From positions 10,836 through 74,835 of the forward strand of contig JASBUS010000042.1 of assembly GCA_030147745.1 (NCBI GenBank): a stretch of 64,000 nucleotides of DNA, read 5' to 3'. A program made the position numbers and the translations under genes. The stretch is from Alphaproteobacteria bacterium. GTDB taxonomy: Bacteria > Pseudomonadota > Alphaproteobacteria > Micavibrionales > Micavibrionaceae. This document shows, piece by piece, positions 1-9,399 of this stretch; positions within the stretch are counted from its first letter, which is position 1; every line of letters starts with the position of its first letter. The notes under the pieces were generated by a model. That model saw nothing but the letters and a program-made list of their open reading frames with translations, was not told where the DNA came from and did no database searches.

Positions 1-1196
1 AAGATTCGCTCTTGGCTGATATCGTTCGTCTGCTTGAAAAGGCAGAGCAGGCCAATGCCGCCTATGTCCGTTTGGCGGATCGCGCGGCGCGTTTATATAC
101 ACCATTCGTTCATAGTCTTGCTTTATTGGCGTTTATTCTTTGGTGGGCTGTGCTTGGCGCATTATGGCAGGATGCTTTGCTCATTGCCGTAACAGTGCTG
201 ATTATTACTTGCCCATGTGCGCTTGGTTTGGCAGTGCCTGTGGTGCAGGTCTTGGCAACAGGGCAGCTAATGAAACGCAATATCTTGGTGAAATCAGGTG
301 ATGCGCTTGAACGCCTCGCCAAAATTGATATCGCGGTCTTTGATAAAACAGGGACATTGACCATCGGTAAACCAGCTTTGCAAATGGATGGCTTTGCACC
401 AAAGAGCCTGCAAATCGCCGCCTCACTCGCCGCCCAAAGTGCGCACCCACTTTCAAAGGCGTTATCAGTCGCCTATACGGGGGATCTATTATCCGTTGAT
501 CAAGTCAAGGAATATGCGGGTAAAGGTTTAGAAGCAACCATCGCGGGGGATCAAATCAAATTAGGCAGCCTCAAATGGTGTGGGCAGGATGTGCCAAGTG
601 AAAGCGTCTATCCACAAATCTGTTTAATGATTAATGGGCAGGTCGCGCAGATTTTCACCTTTAAAGACCAGATTAAAGCAGATGCCGCTGACGCGATTGC
701 GGCCTTAAAGGCTTTGGGGATTAAACCAATCTTGCTCTCAGGTGACCGCAGCGCCGTGGTCACCCATGTCGCAGCAGATGTCGGCATTGACACATTCTAC
801 GCCGAACAAACGCCCGTTGATAAAACGGCACTTATCCATGAATTAAAAGATGCTGGCCATAATGTGTTGATGGTCGGGGACGGCCTGAATGATGCGCCCG
901 TTTTGGCCAGCGCGGGGATATCCATGGCACCAGGCAGCGCCGTTGATATCACCCAAAATGCGGCTGATATTATTTTCATGGGTGAGCATATGCAGCCCGT
1001 GATTGATGCCTATAAACATGCGTGCTTCACACAAAAACTGGTGAAGCAAAATTTCGGTTTGGCGATTGCCTATAACTGTATCGCCGTACCTTTTGCCTTT
1101 ATGGGCTATGTCACGCCAATGATTGCCGCAATTTGTATGTCGGCGTCATCTTTATTGGTGATTATCAATTCATATCGGTTAAAATTATTGTCATGA
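1..1196 (+). CDS. ccoI: Heavy-metal P1B-type ATPase, CcoI/FixI-like, C-terminal part (5' end lies outside the window)
   Basis: The ORF runs off the left edge. It has the P-type ATPase motifs CPC (ITCPCALGLA), DKTGTLT and GDGLNDAP. It is followed by ccoS with an ATGA stop/start overlap, the fixI-fixS arrangement. Confidence 0.85.
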   Translation, partial: DSLLADIVRLLEKAEQANAAYVRLADRAARLYTPFVHSLALLAFILWWAVLGALWQDALLIAVTVLIITCPCALGLAVPVVQVLATGQLMKRNILVKSGDALERLAKIDIAVFDKTGTLTIGKPALQMDGFAPKSLQIAASLAAQSAHPLSKALSVAYTGDLLSVDQVKEYAGKGLEATIAGDQIKLGSLKWCGQDVPSESVYPQICLMINGQVAQIFTFKDQIKADAADAIAALKALGIKPILLSGDRSAVVTHVAADVGIDTFYAEQTPVDKTALIHELKDAGHNVLMVGDGLNDAPVLASAGISMAPGSAVDITQNAADIIFMGEHMQPVIDAYKHACFTQKLVKQNFGLAIAYNCIAVPFAFMGYVTPMIAAICMSASSLLVIINSYRLKLLS

Positions 1197-1351
1197 GTAT
1201 TTTGATTTATCTGATTCCTATTGCGTTAATTCTGGGGCTTGTCGGCCTGTTTGCTTTTGTCTGGAGCTTAAAGTCTGGTCAATATGATGATTTAGACGGC
1301 GCAGCGCAGCGTATTTTGCTTGATGATGATGAAGAAAAACCCCATCATTAA
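1193..1351 (+). CDS. ccoS: cbb3-type cytochrome oxidase maturation protein CcoS/FixS
   Basis: An internal ATG of the 1133..1351 ORF gives a 52-aa single-TM protein, MSILIYLIPIALILGLVGLFAFVWSLKSGQYDDLDGAAQRILLDDD. This is the typical CcoS pattern and position after ccoI. Confidence 0.8.
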   Translation: MSILIYLIPIALILGLVGLFAFVWSLKSGQYDDLDGAAQRILLDDDEEKPHH

Positions 1352-1454
1352 AATCTAAGAATCAGAAGTTTTTTTGACTTGTGTCAATTCGGCGTAGCCT
1401 TTTCTTTGCTATGGTTTCTACAGCATTAACACCACCTATATATATGAGGACGAT

Positions 1455-2099
1455 ATGAGTAAAAATTTGATCAAACAAACATTGTTAGTCGCGACTTTCT
1501 TGGTCGGCGTCAGCGCACCAGCATTCGCGGGTGAAGGTTCAGACTGGCTGTCAAAAGAGCGTTTCCAAATTCGTGCCCGCGCAATTGGCGTGATTGCCGA
1601 TGGTGATGGCCGTGAATCCGTAACAAGCTTGAAAACAGACGTTGATAACGCCTATGTCCCTGAAGTCGATGTAACATATTTCTTCACAGACCATGTTGCC
1701 GCAGAATTGATCGCAGCGACCGCTGAACACTCAATTAAAGCCGGTACAAATGATGTGGGTGACACATGGATTTTGCCGCCAACATTGACATTGCAATATC
1801 ACTTCACACCAGACCAAAAATTCAGCCCATATGTTGGCGCGGGTATTAACTACTCAATGTTCTATGGTGAAGATGAAGGCACAGGCTTCAATAATCTTGA
1901 TGTTGATGGCGGCTTTGGTTATGCCGTTCAAGCAGGTTTTGATTACTGGTTGAATGACAACTGGGGTCTAAACTTCGATGCGAAATATATTGACCTTCAA
2001 GTTGACGTTGACGTGAATTTGGGCGCAACAGCTTTGCAAGCCCATGACGTTGACCTAAACCCATGGATTTTGGGCGCGGGTGTATCTTACCGCTTCTAA
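1455..2099 (+). CDS. ompW: OmpW-family outer membrane protein
   Basis: A signal peptide ends in APAFA. The 214-aa protein has an alternating beta-strand pattern and a C-terminal GAGVSYRF. An RBS GAGGA lies upstream. Confidence 0.8.
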   Translation: MSKNLIKQTLLVATFLVGVSAPAFAGEGSDWLSKERFQIRARAIGVIADGDGRESVTSLKTDVDNAYVPEVDVTYFFTDHVAAELIAATAEHSIKAGTNDVGDTWILPPTLTLQYHFTPDQKFSPYVGAGINYSMFYGEDEGTGFNNLDVDGGFGYAVQAGFDYWLNDNWGLNFDAKYIDLQVDVDVNLGATALQAHDVDLNPWILGAGVSYRF

Positions 2100-2114
2100 T
2101 TCTAAATGCAGATA

Positions 2115-2148
2115 CAAAAAAGCCCGCTATTTTGCGGGCTTTTTTTTG
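2115..2148. terminator. Bidirectional intrinsic terminator between ompW and the oxidase operon
   Basis: AGCCCGC-tatttt-GCGGGCT hairpin with an A-run before it and a T-run after it. Confidence 0.75.
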
Positions 2149-2157
2149 TTCGTTTGA

Positions 2158-2403
2158 TCAGTAACCGCCGCTCACGCCGCAAGGGATGCCGCGTTTAACT
2201 AGCCAATATGTCGCGCCTGCAATGACAGGGACAGATACTGGGAATGTCGCCGCGATGCCGATGATGACGGCTTTTTCTGTGCGGGAGGATTCCGCCCATG
2301 CCATACGCATGCGTTTCCATGTTGAATGTTCAGCCGCTTCGTTAAAATGGCCTGACAATTTTTGGTCGGCGTCATGCGTTGTCTTTAATGTGTGTTCGCT
2401 CAT
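2158..2403 (-). CDS. Small hypothetical membrane protein (81 aa), last gene of the oxidase operon
   Basis: It starts 20 nt after the stop of the upstream oxidase on the same strand. It has one hydrophobic span (AVIIGIAATFPVSVPVIAGATYWLV). I recognise no family. Confidence 0.5.
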   Translation of the reverse strand: MSEHTLKTTHDADQKLSGHFNEAAEHSTWKRMRMAWAESSRTEKAVIIGIAATFPVSVPVIAGATYWLVKRGIPCGVSGGY

Positions 2404-2423
2404 GATTTTGTCTTTCTATGCTC

Positions 2424-4055
2424 TTACAATTTACCGGCAGGGCCATACCGGCCGGGTGCCATAATATTATCAGGGTCTAAACCTTGTTTCAGTTTTTTCA
2501 CCATCGCGAAGAAGCGGCTATTCTCGGCATCTGCATACCAACCCATTGTGTCAATATGCGCGCGATGCGGAAGATACCCCAAACGTTTGCCTTCTTCAAA
2601 TAGTTCTTTGTGGAATTTATCTGCGGCGGCTTTTTCATGCGTTGGGTCAAAGAAAATATGTATCCCCGCGGAGATCCATGTTTCGCTTTCAACGCAGAGA
2701 TTCCATGTTGGGTATATTTCATGCTTCGCGGCAATTTGTTTGAACATTTGCAGGAATAAGTGCACATCCTTGCCACGCAGCGGAATAATCGGCCAATACC
2801 ATATCAAGCCAGCCTGTTTAATGTCCTGATCAAGGCTATTATCATCCTTCTCTGGCATGTTTTGGTGGTGATATGTGTAATTTAACGCCTTCATTTGCGG
2901 TTTTCCGTGCATATAGGCGTACATTTCTTTGATTAGGCCGATATTTTGGGCCACAAAGCGGCGCATTGGCGTATTTTTGAACTTTTTAGGCTTGTTTTCG
3001 ACTTTTTTGATCAAATCTTCATTCACAAAGACGAAATCATGCGCGACGGGTTTAAGGATGCGCTGCATCGCTTTAATCGCCGCTTTATTCATCTCGCTAC
3101 TTGCGTGGATTGACCCGTAAGCCGTCCATAGGCTGACATCATCCATGCGCTGCCATAAATCGGCGGGGCTTAATACGGCGTCACTATCGCGCTTACCTTG
3201 TTCGGCGCTCATGCGGTTGCCGAAATCGATTGTGTTGACTACGCCGCCAAGGCGCTGCTTCACTTCGCGCAATTTATCGGTAAATTCGGTCATATTCACG
3301 CCAGTACGTGGGCGGAAGTAAAATAATGTTACATGTTCAGGGCGGCGCGCTAAGGCAAAGCTTGCTTCGGTCACTACGCCGAATGAGCCTTGCGAAAATA
3401 GCCCGTCAATATAAGGGCCAACTCCCCATTTATAGGCACGGCTAATGGCTTTGCCGCCTGCATCATCAAGCAGCGGCTGATAAATGTCACCATCAGGCAA
3501 TACAGCGCGCAGTGACATTAGGGATGAGAAACGATCTGTATGCGGCATCATGCCATGGCCGCGGTCAAGTGCGTTGCCCATCACGGAGCAATGCGTGCTT
3601 GAGGCAATCGCGGAATACATAAATGGATAATTATTGGCGCTTAAGAACGACTCAAGCTGGCCTTGGGTGACGCCCGGCTCAACGGTGACAATCCCTAAGT
3701 CGGCATCAAAATCAACAATGCGGTTCATTTTGTGAAGGTCAATAATCACGCAGTTATCAACGGCAGGGTTCGCGCCGCCAAAGCCCCAATTGCGTCCAGT
3801 GCTGACTGGATAAACGGGCACTTTATGGTGGCGTGCAACGGATAAAATATCTTGGATCTCGGCCTCATTCTCAGGCAGTAAGATCGCATGGATATGTCTG
3901 CGGCTTTGGGAACAGCAATTTTGATAACGGCTAATCGCTTCATCATCACTCAGCACGCGTTCATCGCCAAGCGCGCCGCGCCATTTGGTCAAGGCGAGGT
4001 TTAATTCACGGGTGAATAACGACACGATATTTGATGGGTTAGCGTCTTCATACAT
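2424..4055 (-). CDS. VAO/PCMH-family FAD-linked oxidase (vanillyl-alcohol oxidase / p-cresol methylhydroxylase-like flavoprotein), copy 2
   Basis: 543 aa. It has the STGRNWGFGG FAD-binding motif and GPYIDGLFSQGSFGVVTE, which closely resembles the VAO sequence GPYIDGLFSQSNMGIVTK as I remember it. Confidence 0.75.
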   Translation of the reverse strand: MYEDANPSNIVSLFTRELNLALTKWRGALGDERVLSDDEAISRYQNCCSQSRRHIHAILLPENEAEIQDILSVARHHKVPVYPVSTGRNWGFGGANPAVDNCVIIDLHKMNRIVDFDADLGIVTVEPGVTQGQLESFLSANNYPFMYSAIASSTHCSVMGNALDRGHGMMPHTDRFSSLMSLRAVLPDGDIYQPLLDDAGGKAISRAYKWGVGPYIDGLFSQGSFGVVTEASFALARRPEHVTLFYFRPRTGVNMTEFTDKLREVKQRLGGVVNTIDFGNRMSAEQGKRDSDAVLSPADLWQRMDDVSLWTAYGSIHASSEMNKAAIKAMQRILKPVAHDFVFVNEDLIKKVENKPKKFKNTPMRRFVAQNIGLIKEMYAYMHGKPQMKALNYTYHHQNMPEKDDNSLDQDIKQAGLIWYWPIIPLRGKDVHLFLQMFKQIAAKHEIYPTWNLCVESETWISAGIHIFFDPTHEKAAADKFHKELFEEGKRLGYLPHRAHIDTMGWYADAENSRFFAMVKKLKQGLDPDNIMAPGRYGPAGKL

Positions 4056-4059
4056 CGGC

Positions 4060-5658
4060 TTAGGCCTTTCTACGTTGATAGCGCCCAGGGGACATTAGGC
4101 CTTCTGGGTCAATATGTTGTTTTGCTTTGTGCAGCGTTGTTTCAAAATGTTTTTGTGGCTCGTCCGCGCCTTGATACCACGCCATGGAATCGATATGGGC
4201 GCGATACGGTAAATATCCAGCCGTGCGGCATGCAGCAAACAGCGCCTTATGACAGGCGAAGGCCGCGTCCATATTCTCATGCGGGTCAAACATAATCGGC
4301 ACTAGGGCGGTAATGCATTGTTCCGATATCGTGGTCATCGACACCACAGGGAATATCCCATATTCGGCGCAGACTTCTTTGGTGATCTGTTCAAATTTAA
4401 GTAGGTCTTTACCCGTCATTGGCAGCATCGGCGCATACCAAATCAGGCCGCAGCCATCGCGGCCGGGATGATAATCGGCGCTATCTTCTGGCAATTGACC
4501 TGCGCGCCAATAGGCGGCTTTTAAAAAGCGGCTTTGTGGCATGCCGCGCAGTAAGTCATAACTTGCGCTAACTGTATCAATCTGCGCTTTCAGCATTTCA
4601 AGCGGCTTCATCTTCGGCAGGATTTTATTGACGGCGCGCGCCAGTTTAATTTTCTTGCGGTCAAACACCACAACAGATTGACAATGTGGCGCGAGCGCTT
4701 TTTTACATTCACGCGCCGCGATATGCGCTAAATCATCATTACCATAGATGAAAATTAGCCCAAGCCATTCAGGCAGTTTATATTTTGCGCCCGCCTTGTT
4801 CAGCCAATTCATCATATTAAAATCATCAGCCGCCATATCTTCACGCGGGATCGGCATGTTTAACGCAACCGAATAGGCTTTGTTGAAATATTTAATCGCG
4901 GAAACGACTTTCTTTTGCGTTTGCATCAAATCGCGACTGACGCGGACGACATGGTCAAAGCTCTCTGCATCATCATTTGGTTTAAAGATGATCATGATGC
5001 TGTCATCGGTGCGCGGGTCTAATTTAATGCTCGCTTCAACGACAATGCCAAAATTCCCTTGCGAAAATAACCCTTCTACATAAGGGCCGGCGCCCCATTT
5101 GGCGAGTTTTGAGGATTCGATATTCATCTCATCCAATTGGCCTTGATATATTGACCCATCGGCCAAAACGGCGGTGACTTCTGTGATGCCTTGGAAATGG
5201 TCTGTGATCGGCGTGACGCCATAACCGCGCTCAAGTGCATTGCCAATCAAGCTGCAATGTGGGCTCGACCCTGTCACCGGCGCAAAAAACGGGTGGTTAT
5301 TGGCACTTAGAAATTCATAAAGCGCCCCTTGAGTAACGCCCGGTTCTAAAGTGATGCTGCCAAGCTCTGGGTCAAAATCTTTAATCTGGCGCATATCCCC
5401 CATATCGAGGATTAGGCAATCTTCTGCCACAGGGTTGCCGCCGCCATAGCCCCAATTGCGTCCTGTGCTTAACGGGTAAAGCTTAATGCCTTCCGCGTTG
5501 GCCCAATGGACAATCGCCTGTACATCAGCAATATTTTGCGGCTTCACAACGCCTTTGATTTTGCGCGCGGCTTGCGATGGGCACGGGTATAGCGCGCGGG
5601 CTTCATCTTCATGAATCAGCTTATCTGCACCGATAATATCTGTAAGCGCTTTAAACAC
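4060..5658 (-). CDS. VAO/PCMH-family FAD-linked oxidase, copy 1 (tandem paralogue)
   Basis: 532 aa with a GTG start preceded by AAGGTG. It has STGRNWGYGG and GPYVEGLFSQGNFGIVVE and is collinear with the downstream paralogue. Confidence 0.75.
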   Translation of the reverse strand: MFKALTDIIGADKLIHEDEARALYPCPSQAARKIKGVVKPQNIADVQAIVHWANAEGIKLYPLSTGRNWGYGGGNPVAEDCLILDMGDMRQIKDFDPELGSITLEPGVTQGALYEFLSANNHPFFAPVTGSSPHCSLIGNALERGYGVTPITDHFQGITEVTAVLADGSIYQGQLDEMNIESSKLAKWGAGPYVEGLFSQGNFGIVVEASIKLDPRTDDSIMIIFKPNDDAESFDHVVRVSRDLMQTQKKVVSAIKYFNKAYSVALNMPIPREDMAADDFNMMNWLNKAGAKYKLPEWLGLIFIYGNDDLAHIAARECKKALAPHCQSVVVFDRKKIKLARAVNKILPKMKPLEMLKAQIDTVSASYDLLRGMPQSRFLKAAYWRAGQLPEDSADYHPGRDGCGLIWYAPMLPMTGKDLLKFEQITKEVCAEYGIFPVVSMTTISEQCITALVPIMFDPHENMDAAFACHKALFAACRTAGYLPYRAHIDSMAWYQGADEPQKHFETTLHKAKQHIDPEGLMSPGRYQRRKA

Positions 5659-5742
5659 GCGGCGTCACCTTTACATTTTAATCCTTAAAATTGGCGACAG
5701 CATAGCGCTTGCGCGGGGGGAAGTAAATGCCCCTTAAGCCAT

Positions 5743-5766
5743 AAAAAAAGACCCTAAACAGGGCCT
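5743..5766 (-). terminator. Intrinsic terminator after mscS
   Basis: The minus strand reads GGCCCT-GTTT-AGGGTC followed by TTTTTTT. Confidence 0.65.
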
Positions 5767-5795
5767 TTTCCAAAATATATATAGTGGCTAAAAAA

Positions 5796-6635
5796 TTAAG
5801 CCGCTTTCTTGCCTGTAAGGGCGCTGCCATCAATAACGTGCAAATCGCGCTGTGGGAACGGGATAGAAATACCTTCTTTGTCGAAAGTTGTTTTCACCGC
5901 TTCGGTCAAAGCCCAATAAACAGCCCAGTAATCTTCAGTTTTTACCCATGAACGGCAAACAAGATTCACTGAACTATCCGCCAATGCAGATACGGCAATT
6001 GTGATCTCTTTATCTTTTAAAACACGCTCTTCGGCTTGAACGATTTTGGTCAGAACCTCTTTCACTTTTTTAAGGTCGTCGCTATAGCTTACGCCAATTA
6101 AAAAATCAACGCGGCGCTCTGGCTTCGCTGAAAAATTCGTGATGTTGCTTGAGGTCACCGCATTGTTTGGGACAATCACTTGGCGGTTATCAGGTGTTTT
6201 GAAAACAGTTGTGAAAATAGAAATATCTTCAACAATGCCGCTCGCGCCGCCTGCTTCAACAAAATCACCAATTTTGAATGGGCGGAACAAAATAATCATC
6301 ACGCCTGCAGCAAGGTTTGAAAGCGAACCTTGTAACGCCAAACCAATCGCCAAACCAGCCGCAGCAATCACAGCCGCCAATGATGTTGTTTCAACGCCAA
6401 GTTGGCTCAATGATGCAATCACAACAAAGGCGAGCGCAAGGCCATACATGATGTTACCTGCGAAGCTGACCAATGTTTCATCGATAGACGCTTTGGTCAT
6501 CAATTTTTTCAAAATAGTAACAACGCGTTTTGCGACCCATTTACCGATGATAAAAATCGCAACCGCGGCCAAAACTTTCAAACCATAAAGGCTGATATAC
6601 TGCGCCGCGCTTTCATAAATCTGGTTAATATCCAT
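5796..6635 (-). CDS. mscS: Small-conductance mechanosensitive channel (MscS family)
   Basis: It has three N-terminal TM helices, then an MscS beta-domain pattern (FKIGDFVE..GIVEDISIFTT..PNNAVTSSNITNFS). I chose the start at MDINQ (6635) because GGAAGGAAG lies upstream. The ORF's 28-aa extension is unlikely to be translated. Confidence 0.8.
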   Translation of the reverse strand: MDINQIYESAAQYISLYGLKVLAAVAIFIIGKWVAKRVVTILKKLMTKASIDETLVSFAGNIMYGLALAFVVIASLSQLGVETTSLAAVIAAAGLAIGLALQGSLSNLAAGVMIILFRPFKIGDFVEAGGASGIVEDISIFTTVFKTPDNRQVIVPNNAVTSSNITNFSAKPERRVDFLIGVSYSDDLKKVKEVLTKIVQAEERVLKDKEITIAVSALADSSVNLVCRSWVKTEDYWAVYWALTEAVKTTFDKEGISIPFPQRDLHVIDGSALTGKKAA

Positions 6636-6725
6636 GTTCAAATCTTCCTTCCCTAACGGGCTTAATGCTTGAGCGTTAATAATGCGCAGTAATATACAAC
6701 TGTTAAGTGCGCCCGGCAAGCCACC

Positions 6726-7823
6726 TTAACCCAGTTGTTCAGACCATTCGATATGAAGCGGCTTTAAGGCGTTTAGATATTCATCTTTGCTGATAAGCCC
6801 GATGCAGGGCTGTGCGCCTGCCCCAGTTAATTCACCAGAAGCGAGTTTCTGTGTTAGTAAAATGGCGGGCATGCACGGAATATAAGGGCCATCCCCATCG
6901 CGTGCTGTGAGTTCAAAATTAATGCTCATTGGTTTGTTCTGTGCATCTTTGCCGCTTAATGTCATATGAAAGCCACTATTAGCGCTGCCAAAACGATCAA
7001 AGGCATAAGATGCTTTTAACATTAATGGCGCTAAGCCTTGTAAGCTTTTGATCAGCTTTAATCGTACCAACCAAGATAACCCCCATAAGCCAAGATGTAG
7101 TAAAGGGATTTCAAGTCCTGCATAAAAATGAATGGTCTTAAGTTGCGGGTAGCGCGTTGGAAAGAGTTCAAGATCTGGAATGTCGCAGTTGCTCAGCATT
7201 CGCCAGCCTAAGTTGGGGTATTTACGTAGCCGTATATTTTGCCAGCCATAAATTTTGCGGACTACGCCATTGATCAATGTTGTAAAGGGTTTACCTGTAT
7301 AACCAAGGATAGCCGCTGTCGTTGCAAGGCCGCGATTTGTCTTTTGTGCAGTCGAAATGACATATTCAACATGCTCTAAACGCGCAAAACGTTCAATATA
7401 GCTGTCAATTAACGCGGACGTTAAACATGGCACGGAACTCGCGCCGCTAATCACATAAACTGACTTGGCTTTAGCTGCATAATTAAGTTGCGTAATATCG
7501 TTTACAAAATGCCGTCCATCAGCAAGGTCGATATAATGGCATCCTGCATCTATGCAGCATTGCGCGACATGGTAATCTTGTCCTTGGAAAGGCCCTGATG
7601 TGTGAATAACGATTTGCGGGTTGTGTTCCGTAAGTATGTCCACAAAATTATGATTGATGTCGAGGGTGATGGCTGTTGCCCCAATTTCTTTGGCAAATGC
7701 GCGGCCTTTATCAATGTTTCGTCCACCAATGAAAATGTCTAACTGCTCATTTTCTGCCAAACGCTTGGCAATGTAGCTGCCGAAATTACCATAGCCACCT
7801 ATGATTAATACACGGGTCTTCAT
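6726..7823 (-). CDS. Saccharopine dehydrogenase-like NAD(P)-binding protein
   Basis: N-terminal Rossmann motif VLIIGGYGNFGSYIAKRL, 365 aa. Its start overlaps the upstream stop (ATGA). Confidence 0.65.
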   Translation of the reverse strand: MKTRVLIIGGYGNFGSYIAKRLAENEQLDIFIGGRNIDKGRAFAKEIGATAITLDINHNFVDILTEHNPQIVIHTSGPFQGQDYHVAQCCIDAGCHYIDLADGRHFVNDITQLNYAAKAKSVYVISGASSVPCLTSALIDSYIERFARLEHVEYVISTAQKTNRGLATTAAILGYTGKPFTTLINGVVRKIYGWQNIRLRKYPNLGWRMLSNCDIPDLELFPTRYPQLKTIHFYAGLEIPLLHLGLWGLSWLVRLKLIKSLQGLAPLMLKASYAFDRFGSANSGFHMTLSGKDAQNKPMSINFELTARDGDGPYIPCMPAILLTQKLASGELTGAGAQPCIGLISKDEYLNALKPLHIEWSEQLG

Positions 7824-8830
7824 GATGGTGGATCCTCCATTTTAAAACGACCCTTATATTGATAAATTTTGCCCCATATCGGGTGGGTAATATGGGTGAT
7901 CATGTCAAAATATGTATCATCAACAGCAATTTCTTCGGCGTAACCTTTGCCCATTAGTGCGGTTAGCGGGATGGGCATGAAATGCCCAAATATATGTAAC
8001 GCATAACCGCGATGCTCTAGAATAATTTTCTCACCATCCCAGAAATAGCGCATTTTCCACCCAAGACCAAAACGCATGATTTCAATGACAATGTCATCAT
8101 GTAAATGCAGCATGCGGGAGCGAAAGCTATAAGCCTTGCCTGTTTTAAAATCAAAGCTACGGTTGAAGGCAAAACTCTTGCTTTGTGGGTTGCTTTGGAA
8201 TTTGACGGTGACGGGCACATTCGTTTCGTTTGCAGGTGGGATTTGCCCCATCAGCCGCATGAGTGGCGCAAGCCATGTTAGCGGCGCTTTGCAAAATACG
8301 TCCAATTCGCCTGTAGCAACGCCGATATCGTCGCTATATGGTCGGTTGGCGTAGTGCTTCTTTAAAATGGGCGGCAGCTTATCCCAATCTGCGCCAAAAA
8401 TGGATTGGAAAATTGGTTTGTCTTTTAGGTTTAAATTGTCAATCTTACCGACTTTACGTTGCTTTATAAGCATATTACGCGTGCCGCGCATCCATGGATA
8501 TGTCAGCGCTGCTATGGGTTTCGCCCAAAACAGGCTTTTGCAGAATATTGTGAAACTATTTGTGGCCTCACCATATTTTGCCATGAATTGCAGAGCGGTT
8601 TTGCCGTGGTAAAATTTCTGTCCATAATAAATGACCATGCCTTCATCAAGGTCTAGGCCTTGTGCGTTGATCTCTGCCATAAGCGGGTGATCGCTTTGAT
8701 CGCGCGCATTAATGAGGTGGAGTTTGCCGAATTGCTGTTTAATACGTAACGCCATTGCAGCGGATCGGCAAAGTGGGCATTCGCCATCATATATAAACCA
8801 GATACCGTCTTGTTCTGTATGTTCTATCAT
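7820..8830 (-). CDS. Fusion protein: DCC-type thiol-disulfide oxidoreductase (DUF393) N-terminus plus a DUF4166-like C-terminus
   Basis: N-terminal IYDGECPLCRSAA (the CxxC of the DCC family). The ~200-aa C-terminal region is of the kind usually found next to saccharopine-dehydrogenase-like genes. It overlaps both neighbours by 4 nt. Confidence 0.6.
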   Translation of the reverse strand: MIEHTEQDGIWFIYDGECPLCRSAAMALRIKQQFGKLHLINARDQSDHPLMAEINAQGLDLDEGMVIYYGQKFYHGKTALQFMAKYGEATNSFTIFCKSLFWAKPIAALTYPWMRGTRNMLIKQRKVGKIDNLNLKDKPIFQSIFGADWDKLPPILKKHYANRPYSDDIGVATGELDVFCKAPLTWLAPLMRLMGQIPPANETNVPVTVKFQSNPQSKSFAFNRSFDFKTGKAYSFRSRMLHLHDDIVIEIMRFGLGWKMRYFWDGEKIILEHRGYALHIFGHFMPIPLTALMGKGYAEEIAVDDTYFDMITHITHPIWGKIYQYKGRFKMEDPPS

Positions 8831-9294
8831 GTCGGTTTAGCCACCATTAAAAAGAAAATGATCATTAGGCCGACAAAGGCGGGCCAACCCAAGATGAACC
8901 ATATTTTGAACAATTTGTAATATTCTGTTGGGAGGTCACTATTGTGCTCGAGCGCTATTCTGGTGATGTTTTTCAGGCGGATTTGTATCCACACGACTGG
9001 CAACCAACAAAGTCCTGCGACAATATAAAGGATGTATGTAAGCATCAGCCATGTGCTGTCCCAATCATACCCGCCCTGCCAAATGAGCCATAAGCCACTT
9101 AGCGGCTGAATAATAACGGCGGGCGCAGTAAATATATAGTCGGCGAGTACGGTATGACGTGCGGCAAAATATTTTTCATGGATATTCGTCGTGAAATAGG
9201 CGCAGAGCATGAAAAAAGCGATGCCTGCCCCTGTCCCAAACAAGACAGTCGCGCTAATGATATGGAGGGTTTTTATAATCAAATACATATCCAT
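8827..9294 (-). CDS. DUF2269-like integral membrane protein
   Basis: 155 aa with 4 predicted TM helices. The N-terminus is IIKTLHIISATVLFGTGAGIAFFM. It is the first gene of the three-gene overlapping operon. Confidence 0.6.
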   Translation of the reverse strand: MDMYLIIKTLHIISATVLFGTGAGIAFFMLCAYFTTNIHEKYFAARHTVLADYIFTAPAVIIQPLSGLWLIWQGGYDWDSTWLMLTYILYIVAGLCWLPVVWIQIRLKNITRIALEHNSDLPTEYYKLFKIWFILGWPAFVGLMIIFFLMVAKPT

Positions 9295-9399
9295 AAGGTT
9301 ATTTATATCATAAATATTTTGCCTTGCACGGAAATTGGTTCAAAACAATAATGGTGGGGTATCTTTTTATACGGTGCGAGGTGGGGGCATTATAAAATC

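Noticed and set aside
2392-2829. 145-aa plus-strand ORF and neighbours opposite the oxidase genes
   Set aside because: They are antisense to a well-supported VAO-family gene and have no RBS. They are shadow ORFs.
6139-6588. 149-aa plus-strand ORF inside mscS
   Set aside because: It is antisense to the MscS-family gene, with Ala/Thr/Pro-rich shadow composition.
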